Notes under the pieces: generated by a model
What the model was told of the DNA's origin: nothing
The model's database searches: none
The model's input: only the letters and a program-made list of their open reading frames with translations
Position numbers and translations under genes: made by a program
Shown: piece by piece, positions 26,851 to 39,414 of the stretch
Layout of the letters: every line of letters starts with the position of its first letter
How positions within the stretch are numbered: the first letter of the stretch is position 1
Source of the DNA: the human T2T-CHM13v2.0 reference genome, Homo sapiens
Assembly: GCF_009914755.1 (NCBI RefSeq)
Contig: NC_060926.1
Length of the DNA: 64,000 nt
Direction: 5' to 3' (one strand)

Positions 26851-28976
26851 CTTTCATTAAATTCTCACAGTGTGCGTTAGTTCCTGCTGATACATCTTAA
26901 CTGATACATCTTGCTAACGCACATCCCAGGTCTAGTAACTAGAGCCCGTGGATTCTAATTCCTAAATATGCTTAAACCTTTTGCTATGTTCCGTCCTCAT
27001 GGGCACGGCTTTGGTTGAGGCCCCCAGCATCTCTTGCCTGGACCATTGCCTCTCTCTATTCAGCTTTGGTTCTTTTCACTGGTCCTTGACACTGTGGCCA
27101 GAAAAATTTTTTTTACAAACCATTTAGTATCATGTTACTCTTAGAGCTTAAAACCCCTCAATGATTCTCTACTGTCTTCAGGATCAAATTCAGACTCATT
27201 GCTAGAGTCATAGGATACTCATGGTAGAGATTCTGTTCCTTCTCTGCCTCCTCTTCTGCCAAGCCCCATTTATACACATCTCCCTGTGAAGCAAATACCC
27301 TTAGATGCTTTCATACCGCCTCTGAGATGTTTTTTCTAGGCACCACCCCTATCCGGTCTGCAGCAGGGGCTGGAGCTAGTACCCACCTGCATCACAGTGG
27401 ATGACACTGTCACGCTTATGGTCCCACTGACAGTGAGTCACCCGGGGATCACTGTATCCTCAGGGCTTAGCACTGCCCAGCCCTGCTTTGGCTGAAAGAG
27501 GCTAGGCTATGTGGAGAAGATGCATTTAATTCCACATCTCCATGTTTTTCTAGTAAAACATGCTACAAAATCATGGGATGGTCAACATGCCTCTGGTGTA
27601 TACAGAAAAAGTGCTCTGAAGATAAAGCATGGACTAAGTTAGGCAGCACCCCCGCCCCTTCCCCTGCCCACCAATCACTGTACTTACTCTAATGGCAGTG
27701 AGTTTAAAAAAAAAAGGAAATAAAAGGCTACTTTTGTGTGGACATAGATATCCAAACTGGCTCTTTGCAAATTAATGGTCTGTCACCGGGAAACAGCACT
27801 TTCTGTTGGTGGGATGCCCACAGGACAGGCAGAGAGGAGGCGTGGAGGGTCCCGAAGTGCGGGAGGGGTCAAGGTAAAAATAGCCCACACCATCAACAGC
27901 TGTTTATTCCATTTATTTAAGCAGGCTTCCGGCCCAAAGTTCTCTGGGCACCTGTACAAAATCTAAATTCAACATATAAAATTAATTCTCCTTTTCAGGA
28001 AAAAGCACAAACAATCCCCTCAAAAACCCATAGATGTTCTCAGGGGAAGAACCCCTTTAGCGGGGAGACTGGGAATTTTGTCAGATCCCTGGAAGCTTTG
28101 CTGAGAAGACCTTGTCTGCATTACTTTCTTCTCCCATGACTCCAGAGTCAAAGCACCTCAGTGCCACTGTCTGTCGGCTTGGTGGGCCAGAGCAAACCTC
28201 TTTTCCTCCCTGAGCCTCTGCATCTGTTCTCAGAGGTTCACTTCTCTGGGCACCACAGCTTCTGCTAACAATCTCAGTATCAAACCCAACTGACATCCCC
28301 TGAGGAATCTGAGAATGGAAATAATGACATGTTTTATTTGGATGGCATTTGGCTTGCATCATTTCATGGGCTCCTTACAAAAGCCACGAGGGAAGGGATT
28401 GTCTTACCCATTTTACAGGAGAGAAAGCTGAGGTCCACAGTTGTAGATTAGTTAACTAGAACCATGTCTTCATGCCCAATATTTTTACTTTGTCATCTGC
28501 CTTTAAAAAAATTTATTGCTCATTAAAAATAATAGTTTCACAAAATGAGTTCTTTGCAGAAGATTCAAACGATATAAATAATGCAAAAAGCTCTCGACCT
28601 CCCACCAGTTCTGTTCCCAGAGGTAATGGCTATTATTTGGTGTTCTGGATAATGATGTCCAACTATTAGATTTTTTTTCTATGAGTTCACATACATAGAT
28701 GTATCAACATAATTTTGTTTCATGTTTTAACAACATTTATTTGAATATAGTATACTGTCAATATTATTTCTAAAACTTAGTTTTTAAAAGAAACGCTTTG
28801 TCTTAGAGATACTTCTATGTCAGTACATACAGATCTACTTCATTGGTTTACTCTATTGTAGGTTATGACAGAGTATGGCTGTACCACAGTTAATCGAACC
28901 CTGTTTTTACTGAGGAGCATTTGTTTCCAGTTTTTGGCGACTACATCCTTTATTCGCTTCTTGTGCATGTGTGTAA

Positions 28977-29517
<541 letters not shown>

Positions 29518-29772
29518 TGATTTTTTAAATGGTACCTCATCTTGTATCCCTCCTCCCTGGTTACTACAAGACTAAACGTATTTTATATTGTGAGATGTCT
29601 GTTAATGTCCTTAACTCACCTTTCCATTGACTTGTTGATTTTCTTTTTGATTTGGGGAATATTTTTATATCTATTAACCTTTGTTATGTAAGCCACACCT
29701 TTTTTTGAAACTATGTTTATGGTGCCTTTTTTATATAAAACTTTAAGTTTTTGAGGTAGTCAAATTTATTAA

Positions 29773-30199
<427 letters not shown>

Positions 30200-30644
30200 T
30201 AGCTTTTTAGTTCATCTGGAGTTTACTTTTGTGAATGGCATATCATAGTGTGCTGTTGTTTTCTTGCTCCCTGTAACTCCCAACTCTGACTTCTTACTGA
30301 AGTAATATCATTCTCTAAAGGCAGACTGAAACTGTTTCCTTCAGTCTGCCTTAGTTCTCCAAATAATGGATCTGTTTCTTCCTCAAGGCTGAGAAGAAGT
30401 CTCAGGTGAGAGAAGGAGAACAAATATATGGAGAAAATAATAGTGCGAGGCAGGAGGAACGGCATTGCAAAGACTGGTCCAGATAAAACGGCAGAGAGAG
30501 GGAGAGAGCACTTTCAGCGGAGCAGTTTGGGAAGACATCTCACAGCAGGTGGTGCTTGAATTGTGAGGGGAGTGGAAGGTTGTTTAGTTCGATTAGAATG
30601 TATATTACAGGCTAAAAGAGGTTGGACAGGCTATGACTGTAGGA

Positions 30645-30952
30645 GTCAGCATCCTTTCAGTTCACAGGCCAAATCTGGCTGCCACCTGTTTCTATACAAG
30701 GTACAAACTAATAATGGTTTCCACATGTTCAAATGGTGGAACAAATTAAAAGAAGAGTAATAGTATCATAAACTATGATATTCAAATTTCAGTGCTGGTA
30801 GAGTTTTGTTGGAACACAGCCACACCATTTGGATGTGGCTGCTTTTGCACTGCAATGGCAGAAATAAGTATTTGTGACAGAGACCAAATGGCCCGCAGAG
30901 CTGAGAAAATGTATTCTCTGGATCTTTACAGAAAAAGTTTGCTGACCCATGA
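30645..30952. mobile_element. MER58B-like hAT-Charlie
   Basis: ggccaaatctggc...ttggaacacagccac...tgtgacagagacc...tttacagaaaaagtttgctgaccc. Confidence 0.7.
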
Positions 30953-31266
30953 TATAGGGGCTTGGATGCCAGATTTAGGAGTGTGACTGTTACGTGCTGG
31001 ACAATGAGGTAGGATGCATTATGGTTGGTGGCCTGTTTAAGGAGGAGGACGCTGTTGTGGGCTGGAGAGTTGCAGGTGAGAGTGGGGCAGGGAGGTGCTA
31101 CAGGTGGCCTGGGAAACAATCCAAGTAACAAGTAATAGTTTCAACTCTAGAAGTGGGAAGAGAAGAGGGGGAATGTGAATGATTCAGTCATTCATCAAGG
31201 CTTACAGTTCTGGGTGCCGAACGGTCTTGTGAAGGTAGAAATGGCAGCTCTGAGGGGTATGAGTAC

Positions 31267-31673
31267 TGTTATTAATTTGCTAGGACTGCCATTGTACCAC
31301 AAACTGGGAGGCTTAAACAACAGAAATGTATTATCTCACAATTCTGGAGGCCATTAACCTAAGATCAAGGTGACAGCAGGGCCATGCCCCCTCTGGAGGA
31401 GTTAGGGAAGGATCTGGTCCAGGACTCTCTCTCAGCTTCGAACAGTTCCTTGATTTGTGGCAGCATAGCTCTAGTCTTCACATGGACACTCCCCATGTGC
31501 ATGTCTCTGTGTCCAAGTTTCCCCCTTTTATAAGGACGCCAGACATAGTGGATTAGGGGCCCACCTATGGTCATTTGCAATGACCTTATTTCCAAATGAA
31601 GTCACATTACAAGATACCGGGGGCTAGAACTTCAACATATAAATTTTGGGGGAATGCAACTCAACCCCTAACA
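31267..31673 (-). mobile_element. MLT1 (B/C-like) MaLR solo LTR
   Basis: gtaccacaaactgggaggcttaaacaacagaaat...tataaggac...tcaacccctaaca. Confidence 0.8.
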
Positions 31674-32249
31674 GTTTGGCATAAAGTAGTGTTGAAGGGA
31701 CTCCTCCCCTTCCTCTACCTTCTGCCCCTGCCCATAGCATGGAGGGAACTTCCACTGAGCCTCCTCTGTCCACTTCTGGCGCCTCTCACTAAGCCCTTTG
31801 CTCAGCCTCCCACAGGAGGAAAAGTTTATTGGGCGGGTCAGTGTCGACCTTTCTGCACCTGTCTGCTGGTGGGCTGGTACTGTGGCTGTGCTTGTGGGTA
31901 TAGCTCTCCTTTTCTGCCCAGTCTTCCTGCTCCCTGTCCCCACAGAGAGCACCCTCAAGGCCAGCCCACTGCACATCCTCTGGCTCCAGCTCCTTGCCCG
32001 TGTGCCTGACTGGGAAAGGGCATTCCAGGGCCTTCCTGCAGATCTAGCCACACCTGGCTTTCCTGGCAGAACACCTGGGTGTGCAGCATGGGTTTTGTGT
32101 TCAGGGAATTACTCTTCGGATTTGACCTGGTAGTGTGGATCATGTGGATTATCAACATTTACGAAAGTATATTTACGAGAATATGGTGAGCAATAGCACC
32201 ATCAATGAAAAGGCATTGAGAAGACATTTTTTTTTAAAACAAAGTTCAC

Positions 32250-32255
32250 TTTATT
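32250..32255 (-). terminator. FABP1 polyadenylation signal AATAAA
   Basis: tttatt on the + strand, about 45 nt after the stop codon. Confidence 0.9.
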
Positions 32256-32298
32256 ACATTAATTTTACACACTAAAATAATATGAAATGCAGACTTGT

Positions 32299-32349
32299 TT
32301 AAATTCTCTTGCTGATTCTCTTGAAGACAATGTCACCCAATGTCATGGT
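32299..32349 (-). CDS. FABP1: FABP1 exon 4 coding part to the stop codon
   Basis: ctttcag|ACCATG gives TMTLGDIVFKRISKRI*. Total CDS is 67+173+93+51=384 nt, i.e. 127 aa, liver fatty acid-binding protein. Confidence 0.98.
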   Translation of the reverse strand, partial: TMTLGDIVFKRISKRI

Positions 32350-33738
32350 CTGAAAGCCAGAAAAGAAATTATGAAGTGTTCATCTGATGTTGTATTGTAA
32401 AAAACAAAATTAAGCATAAAAAACAAAATTAAGCTTAAAAAACAGCACCAAATATGTTGGCATATGAAACAATTCAAAAATTCGTCTGGTTTCCTGTAGG
32501 ACCGGAGGAAAGGTTGGCAATGTTTTCCAAAATCCTATGCCAAGTCTTTGTCACTTCTCCTCCTCACCTGGAAAGTCCTCCTGCCTTTGACTGAATTCTT
32601 TTCTACATCAATGACTGTTATAGCAAGACCATCCAAACCAGCCCAATCTAATTTCTCAAAATTTCATTGAGTACCTACTATGCACCAAATACATGTTGAG
32701 CACCAAGGATACATGTACATGGACACAACTAGGCACACAGCCTGGAAGGCAGTGGGTAGTGCATAATTGTCCTCCTATAGCTGTGAAGCATATAAAAACA
32801 GTGGATGCATCAGCTTTTGAGTTTTTAAGGATGTTTCCTCCACCCCTGCCAGTTCTCTTGAATAAGACTGCTGGAATGACATACCATGTCATCAGGGTGA
32901 AAAGGAGCCCCTCAGTTTCAGCAGCAATGCAATAGTTGCTGCTTGATGGGTTTGAGCCCTGGATTTAACATTTATTAGCTGATGACTTGGACAGGTCAAC
33001 CTGTCTATTGAATCCCTCATCCAGCCTCCCTCGAAGGAGACAGGAGGATTAGGTGAGATGGAACCTATCAAAGGGCGTTGGCCAGGACTTACTGCAGGAC
33101 AGCTCATCTCCTGCTCCCCTGCTCTCCTGGGAATGTGCTGGGGCGGAGGTGGAAACTGCACATTGGGTGGTTGATGCTCACACTCTCTCTAGTTTAAGAA
33201 TTTTTCCATTTGAATAGAGTGATGACAGCGCCCTGGGGCAGTGTTCTGTTGTCTGTGACTCCCTAAAGCATATTCTGGGGGCAAAGAAGAGTCAGGGGGA
33301 CATACCTGCAGGAGAAACACTGCACCATTCACCCCCAAATAGGGTATAGGATGTGGCTGGCAGCCAGGCACCAAGGCTGACTGCATAACTGGACTGTGCC
33401 AGGCTTGTAAGCTGCCATAATATGACCATGAATGGGATTCTCTTTATAAACGCTAAATGGGCAAAGGCATTTATGAAGCACCCTGGGCATGCAGGGCAGG
33501 TGGAGGCCTCTGTGGCTGGTTGGTTGCGCTGAGCAGAAAGGATTAGTGATAATGTGTGTAAACTGCCTGGGACATGATGGATCCTCAGTAAGTGCTGGCA
33601 GATACTGACCACAGGAAAGAAGTTTGGGGGTTGGAGGGTGGAGGGGTGGCATTAGGGTATGTGAGCCGCTCCCCATGCTTCACCTCCCCTCTCCCCTCAA
33701 GCACTGGGAGCCACACGCTCAGAGCACCACCAACTTAC

Positions 33739-33831
33739 ATTGGTGATTATGTCGCCGTTGAGTTCGGTCACAGACTTGATGTTTTTGAAAGCTGTCACCA
33801 GTTTATTGTCACCTTCCAACTGAACCACTGT
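33739..33831 (-). CDS. FABP1: FABP1 exon 3 (carries Ala94)
   Basis: cag|ACAGTG...ACCAAT|gtaag. [31 protein letters not shown], 93 nt. Confidence 0.98.
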
Positions 33832-34217
33832 CTGCAGGGAACAGAGAGGTGACCTGTGAGGAAGGGGTGGTGGGGGGCAAGAGCCTTGCTAATGAAGTTG
33901 CTTCCTTTGCACAGGTCTCAGCTCATAACAACCAAAATGCTCTGGTTCCTATGATCCCAAGCCTCTAGTTCTCTGGCTCCAAATAGAAGTGAGGTGCATT
34001 TAAGAACTAAATAAAATGTCACGACTTCTTTTGTCAGAACTTTAATTCATGGCATGTGATCTAGAAATGAGCATGGAACACCTAAGTGGCCCCAAATACA
34101 AATGCTAAAATCAAATCAAGTAAAATCTCAATTCTCCCAAGCTAATGGAGGGAGGTAGTGGCAAAATTCAAATATTGACCAGTAGAGAATACATATTTTG
34201 CTTTGGTATGTATTCTT

Positions 34218-34354
34218 CTTTTTTTTTTTTTTTAATTGAGATGAGGTCTTGCTATGTTGCCCAGGCTGGTCTTGAACTCCTAGGCTCAAACAGTCCTTTC
34301 ACTTCAGCCTCCCAAAGTGCTGGGATTGTAGGCATGAGCCACCCGCCCAACCAG
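34218..34354 (-). mobile_element. FLAM (free left Alu monomer) in FABP1 intron 2
   Basis: Single monomer. TSD gtatgtatt(c/a)ttctt on both sides. Confidence 0.8.
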
Positions 34355-35419
34355 GTATGTATTATTCTTCCCAGAGCGTTAACTTTTCATATTGTGGCCT
34401 CCTTCCAAGCCCTTATACATCCTGGAAGAGATGACAGGAACCCAGCAGGGAGCCAAAGACCCTGGGCAACATTAAACATTTTGCCTCCAAAAAGAAAATT
34501 TGGAAAAGGCCCATAGTTAAATCCCTTGACCATGAGCACATCAAGAATATTATCCTCCTAAAATCATCCTGACCTGTAATGTTCTAATTGGAGAGGCAGA
34601 AATAAAGAGTGACCAGAAGAGATAAAAAGCAAACACGCCCAGCCCAATGAACAGAGCTGTCCACGGGGAGGAGAGAAGAGGGCTGCTAGAGCATGGAGTG
34701 TTTCAGAGGGAGGAGGAGACGGGCACCCCCATTGCCAGGATCCCCCTGCCACCATCTGCCAACCACTCACACAGCCCACACCCCAGCTGTCATTGCACAC
34801 CATGAGTTGTGCCCAGCAGAAGTGATGCTGCCCTGCACTGCCTTCAGTCTAGGGAGGTTGACTGTTCTTATTTTACAGATGGGGTGGCTGAAGCCAGAGA
34901 CTTTGTGACCACCCCTGAAGGCAGGGTCTGAGCACCTGTCTGGGGCCCTGGTATTCTGGTATTGCTAGCACCTCCTTCAAGAAGTCTCTCCCTATCACCA
35001 CCAGCTCTAGGTTCAGTGAAGGCCAGTTGACTTTGGGCTCAGTTAAGGGTTTTTCACAAACTCCCACTTGCCCCACTCCTGGGCCCTGCTTAGAGGACTC
35101 TTAGTGCTAGGAGCACTGGGCCTGGGAGAACCTGAGACTTAGAATCCTGCTGTATGCCTGGTTCTCCCATATCCTCCATATGGGAGAGCTCAGACTTTAG
35201 GGGCTGGAACACCCCCCAGACAGTCCCTGGGAAGAGGAGAGCAGCTTCTCTATAAGATTCTTCCCTAAGAGCTGCCTTTGTCTCTCTGCTTCTCCCACAT
35301 GGGAGGTGGGTTCAGAGATGGTATCTGTGGGTGGAATTGTGAGGTTTGAGCCTTGAGGAATGAGGTCCCAGGGCCAGGTTCCAAGGAAAGTTCTGACAGC
35401 AGAAGGGATGCCCTCCTAC

Positions 35420-35592
35420 CTTGACTTTCTCCCCTGTCATTGTCTCCAGCTCACATTCCTCCCCCACCGTGAATTCGTTTTGGATCACTTTGGACCCAGC
35501 GGTGATGGTGAACTTGAAGTGCTTCCCATTCTGCACGATTTCCGACACCCCCTTGATATCCTTCCCCTTCTGGATGAGCTCTTCCGGCAGAC
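35420..35592 (-). CDS. FABP1: FABP1 exon 2
   Basis: cag|GTCTGCCG...GTCAAG|gtagg. [57 protein letters not shown], 173 nt. Confidence 0.98.
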
Positions 35593-37194
35593 CTGGTGGA
35601 AACCGTCTGAGGTTTAGATATGGGCAGAGGTGGGAGTTTCATGACCGTGGTAGGTAGGTGAGAGAAACGACATGACATGGAGGGACAGAGAAGGGCACTG
35701 TGTCTCCCAAGGGGCCACAGAAACTCACTGGGGGCTTGTCAGCAGCATCGGCTGTGGCCTCAGAAAGGAAGGGACAGTGACCTGGCCTGGCCTGCTGCTA
35801 TCTTGCCAGTCAATTTATAAAAAGGACACTCTTCTGGCCTGAAGAACCGTTCCTCTTGTAAGCACCCTGGTTCTTGCTCACTCTCCTTCCTCATTCCCTC
35901 CTCCTTTGATGACTTTGCTCTTGGAGTGTGAGCATTTCATTCCCCATACCCCTGGTGACCAGAGAGTTGATCTTCCAAGCTAGGTCCCTCCTGCAAGTGA
36001 AAGGGGAGCTGCTGATAATCATGCCAGGCCAACATACACAAAGCGGCACTGTGCCAGGCAAGCCTGTGTCCACCTCTGCAGTCAAGGCTCTGGAGGAAGA
36101 CATACCAGCAATCCCTTGCCCTGGGATAGAGCTTTACCAGTTTCAGAACTTGTCTATGCTGTTATACAAATTGAGGTTCACAAAAATTTTGTGGGTGGAC
36201 AGTGAGCACAGAGGGTCCTGTTGCATGAGGGAGAGATGAGAGACACAGAGGTGGTATGGCTTGCCTGCAGAAGATCCTTCTCTGGCAGCACTGAAGGTCC
36301 TTCTCTCCCTGCCCCTGCTGTCTTCAGCACCCTTCTCATTCTTGGCACCCTCCCTTGCCATGCCACACCCTTTGCTTATAGGGCTCCCTCTGCCTGGAGC
36401 ATGCTCCCTGCCCCCAGTTCCCTAGACACCTGTCTTCCAAAGCTCAGCCTGAGCCTTCTCTTTACCTCCACTGAGCCATCCCCCCATGCTCTCTGTGAGC
36501 CACATCCTCCTGTACATGACCCTAGGAGGCACAGGGGTTAAAGCAGGGTCTCTGAGAACCAGTGCCTGCTTCCAATCCTAACTTAAACACTTCCTACTTG
36601 CATGACCTTGCTTGTGATTACTAAACCTTTCTGGGCTTCAGTTGCATTAACTGTAAAGTGGGAAAATAATGGTACCCAGCTTAGTTTTTTGGCAAGGAAT
36701 AGATGGGGTATTGCATATCCCATGGTCAGCACAGTCGCCTGGCACAGTCAGCGCTCCATACACCTGAGGGAATGCCTTATTACCTTTATTTCTTCTCTTC
36801 TCTTCCCTGATAAGAAAATGCCTTATTGCCTTTATCATCTGTCTCCCTGGTATCTATCCAGCACAGTGCTCAGTGTGTGGTTGGCCTTGAATCACTGTTT
36901 GTTTGAAGAATGAATAAATGCAGGAATAGGATCACACAACGAAGTGCCAATGACATGGCCATCAATCCAGACCACACCCTAGTTCAGTGCTCTTTCCACT
37001 TGCCTATGGGGTGGCCTTGTGCAGTGAGGACTTGCTGCAAATAACTCCAGAAGTCAGTAAAATGCCCCCTAGTTTGTGTATATAGCCTGAATCTCTCCCC
37101 CCATCTCAACATTTGGACCCTAAATAGCCACTGCTGGTAGAGCTAGACCCTCACTGATGTGACCCACAGCTTTGCCTTTCAGTCCAGCACTCAC

Positions 37195-37261
37195 CGATTG
37201 CCTTCATGAAGGCTTCAAAGTTTTCCTGGCTCTGCAGTTGGTACTTGCCGGAGAAACTCAT
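37195..37261 (-). CDS. FABP1: FABP1 exon 1 coding part
   Basis: gccaccATG Kozak context at 37261. [22 protein letters not shown](G), then donor gtgag (ctcac 37190-37194). Confidence 0.98.
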
Positions 37262-37330
37262 GGTGGCAATAGAGCTCCCTCTTCACGACTGACCTGCGGC
37301 TCTGCCGACCAGACTGTCCACTGTAGGCTG

Positions 37331-37337
37331 TTTTATA
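37331..37337 (-). promoter_or_regulatory. FABP1 TATA box (TATAAAA)
   Basis: ttttata on the + strand, about 70 nt upstream of the ATG, implying a TSS near 37305. Confidence 0.9.
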
Positions 37338-37361
37338 GGGGGCTCCCTTCCCTTCGAATAG

Positions 37362-37439
37362 CGGCCAGAGGTCAGCAGCTGTTGATTCCTTTATGGCCAG
37401 GTTCAAACATTAACTCCTGAGAGCAATGGTCAATGATAA
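37362..37439 (-). promoter_or_regulatory. FABP1 proximal promoter cluster: DR1/PPRE, CDX, HNF1, GATA
   Basis: DR1 TGACCT-C-TGGCCG (37362-37374, - strand), CDX-type CCATAAA (tttatgg ~37390-37396), HNF1-like GTTAATGTTTGAAC (37401-37414), TGATAA (37434-37439). Consistent with known PPARa/HNF1a/CDX/GATA control of Fabp1. Confidence 0.75.
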
Positions 37440-37555
37440 AGAACAGGATGGGCACAGCAAAGGTTTGCTGTAATTCAGCAAACATTAATGAATATCAGTC
37501 AAGCAGGAAGCCTTATGGCCCTGCAGCCTTTAAGTGACTCTCCGCACCCCACGAA

Positions 37556-37781
37556 ATGTGTGTATATGCAGGTATGTGTATATGTGCACACACATGTGTA
37601 TGTATATAGATGTGTGCGTATGTGTTTGTACATCGGTGTTTATATATACATATATGTATTTTGTACATAAAGATGTATGAATGTGCATATATGTAATGCA
37701 TATATACACATTATATGCATGTGTTTATATATGTCTGTACACATATACACACAAGTGTGTGGGTGCATGTGTACACACACA
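37556..37781. repeat. Alternating purine-pyrimidine (TG/TA/CA) tract upstream of the FABP1 promoter
   Basis: About 220 bp of imperfect (RY)n, read directly. Confidence 0.9.
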
Positions 37782-38097
37782 GAAAAATACCAGAGAATTC
37801 CTTTGAACTCAAAACCTCACCTTATTTACATAACCTTATGATCTCTTCTCACCCCCATTATTACACAAACTTATTTTTTAGAGTTGTTATCAGCCGCTAG
37901 TGTTATTTTGTATTCTGGGAATTCCTCCTTGATGATTATAGGCTCCTCCACAGGCCTTTTTGAGGTGTTAAAGCAGTCCATGCTAAATGGCAGGTGTAAA
38001 ACATTGAGACGCATTTTATTAGGCAGAGACAAGGCAGGAGAAAGTGGCACCTGCTGACTTGCTCCAGCCCCACTGAGAAGACAGGACAAGGGATCTG

Positions 38098-38165
38098 GGG
38101 TTATGTGTAGGAAACTGGTCTTGTAGGGTTATGTGTAGGAAACTGGTCTTGTAGGGTTATGTGTA
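38098..38165. repeat. 28-bp tandem repeat, ~2.4 copies
   Basis: Unit gggttatgtgtaggaaactggtcttgta, with ttatg recurring at 38101, 38129 and 38157. Confidence 0.95.
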
Positions 38166-39361
38166 CAGCACTGGCCTTGGGGAGATGGCCCAGCAGGGCT
38201 TCCAGTGGCCTTGGGATGTGCCAGTTTGTTGTGAAGCACAGAGAGGCGTGGTGCCCAATGGGTGCACGTCCCAGTTCCTGCCTCTGAGGCAGCTCCTTAC
38301 AAGCACCCCCTCACCCCTAGATTCTCTCCCTTCTTTGTCTGGACTTTGGCGTCAACCTTTTCACCTGCAGCCTCCAGCCTTCATCCTCTGGGCCTCCTCT
38401 ACTCTGTGGTTAGACAGATCATCCTGAAGCATAGGCTGAGTCGGGCCACTGCTCCAGGCATGAGCCTCAGTGGTTCCCATCACTTCAGAGGCCACAGGTC
38501 CTGGATGGCCTAGTGTCACGTGACGGGTCATGATGGCCACCCCCAATAACACTTCCATGTCCCTATCATGAGTTCTAATTTTTGGCTTGGAAAATGACTC
38601 CCATTGCCTAAACTTCTAGCAGGGCTGCCAGCCCTCAAAAGGCAACTCCAGTCTACCTTTCCATCCTTTTTCCTTCCTTCTCCTCAAGCCACAGTTCCAG
38701 CCACAGGGCCAAGTGGACACATCGGGGGCGTCCATGCCACTCTCTCTGCCCTCCGTGGTCTCCAGCATTTGGACATGTTGATCCAGCAAAGCACTTCAGA
38801 AGTTCTCTCCTCCACCCACAGTCCCAGTGCCAGGGTCCTTCTACAGCATCCCTGACAGGTGGTGTTAAGGTGTACCCTGCCACAGGGAGGTCCTCACCTT
38901 TGGAGCAGTGTGGGCAGAGAACACTCACTAATGGAGTGTCCTGCCATGCAGATTCTGGCACCAGCAGACCTTTCCCTCCAGCACAGAGGGGTGCTCTGGC
39001 CCTCCCTGCTTGGCCCTCCTCTGACAGTGTCTAGGACACAAGGTGCCTCCCAGGCCATGAATTGGGGCTGTCCCTGCAGCAAGCGAAGTGGGCCTGCATG
39101 CTGAGAACTTATGGCTTTTTATAATCACCACGACTACCTGAACAGCGGGCAGGAAGGGGCGAGGTGGCTCAAAGAAGTATGGGCACACCCACAGTCCTTC
39201 TCTCATCTTGCTCTGAGCTTTGATTATACATCTTTTAACATGTCTATTGTACTAAAGGGGTCCATATTAGACCCTGGTCTCCAGATGGGATGCTGATTTT
39301 TCATTTTTGTATATGCAAGGAAGTAAAAAATCCATTGTCTTAAGAACTGGCATGAGAATTC

Positions 39362-39364
<3 letters not shown>

Positions 39365-39410
<46 letters not shown>
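39365..39410. repeat. (GT)23 microsatellite
   Basis: Read directly. Confidence 0.95.
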
Positions 39411-39414
<4 letters not shown>

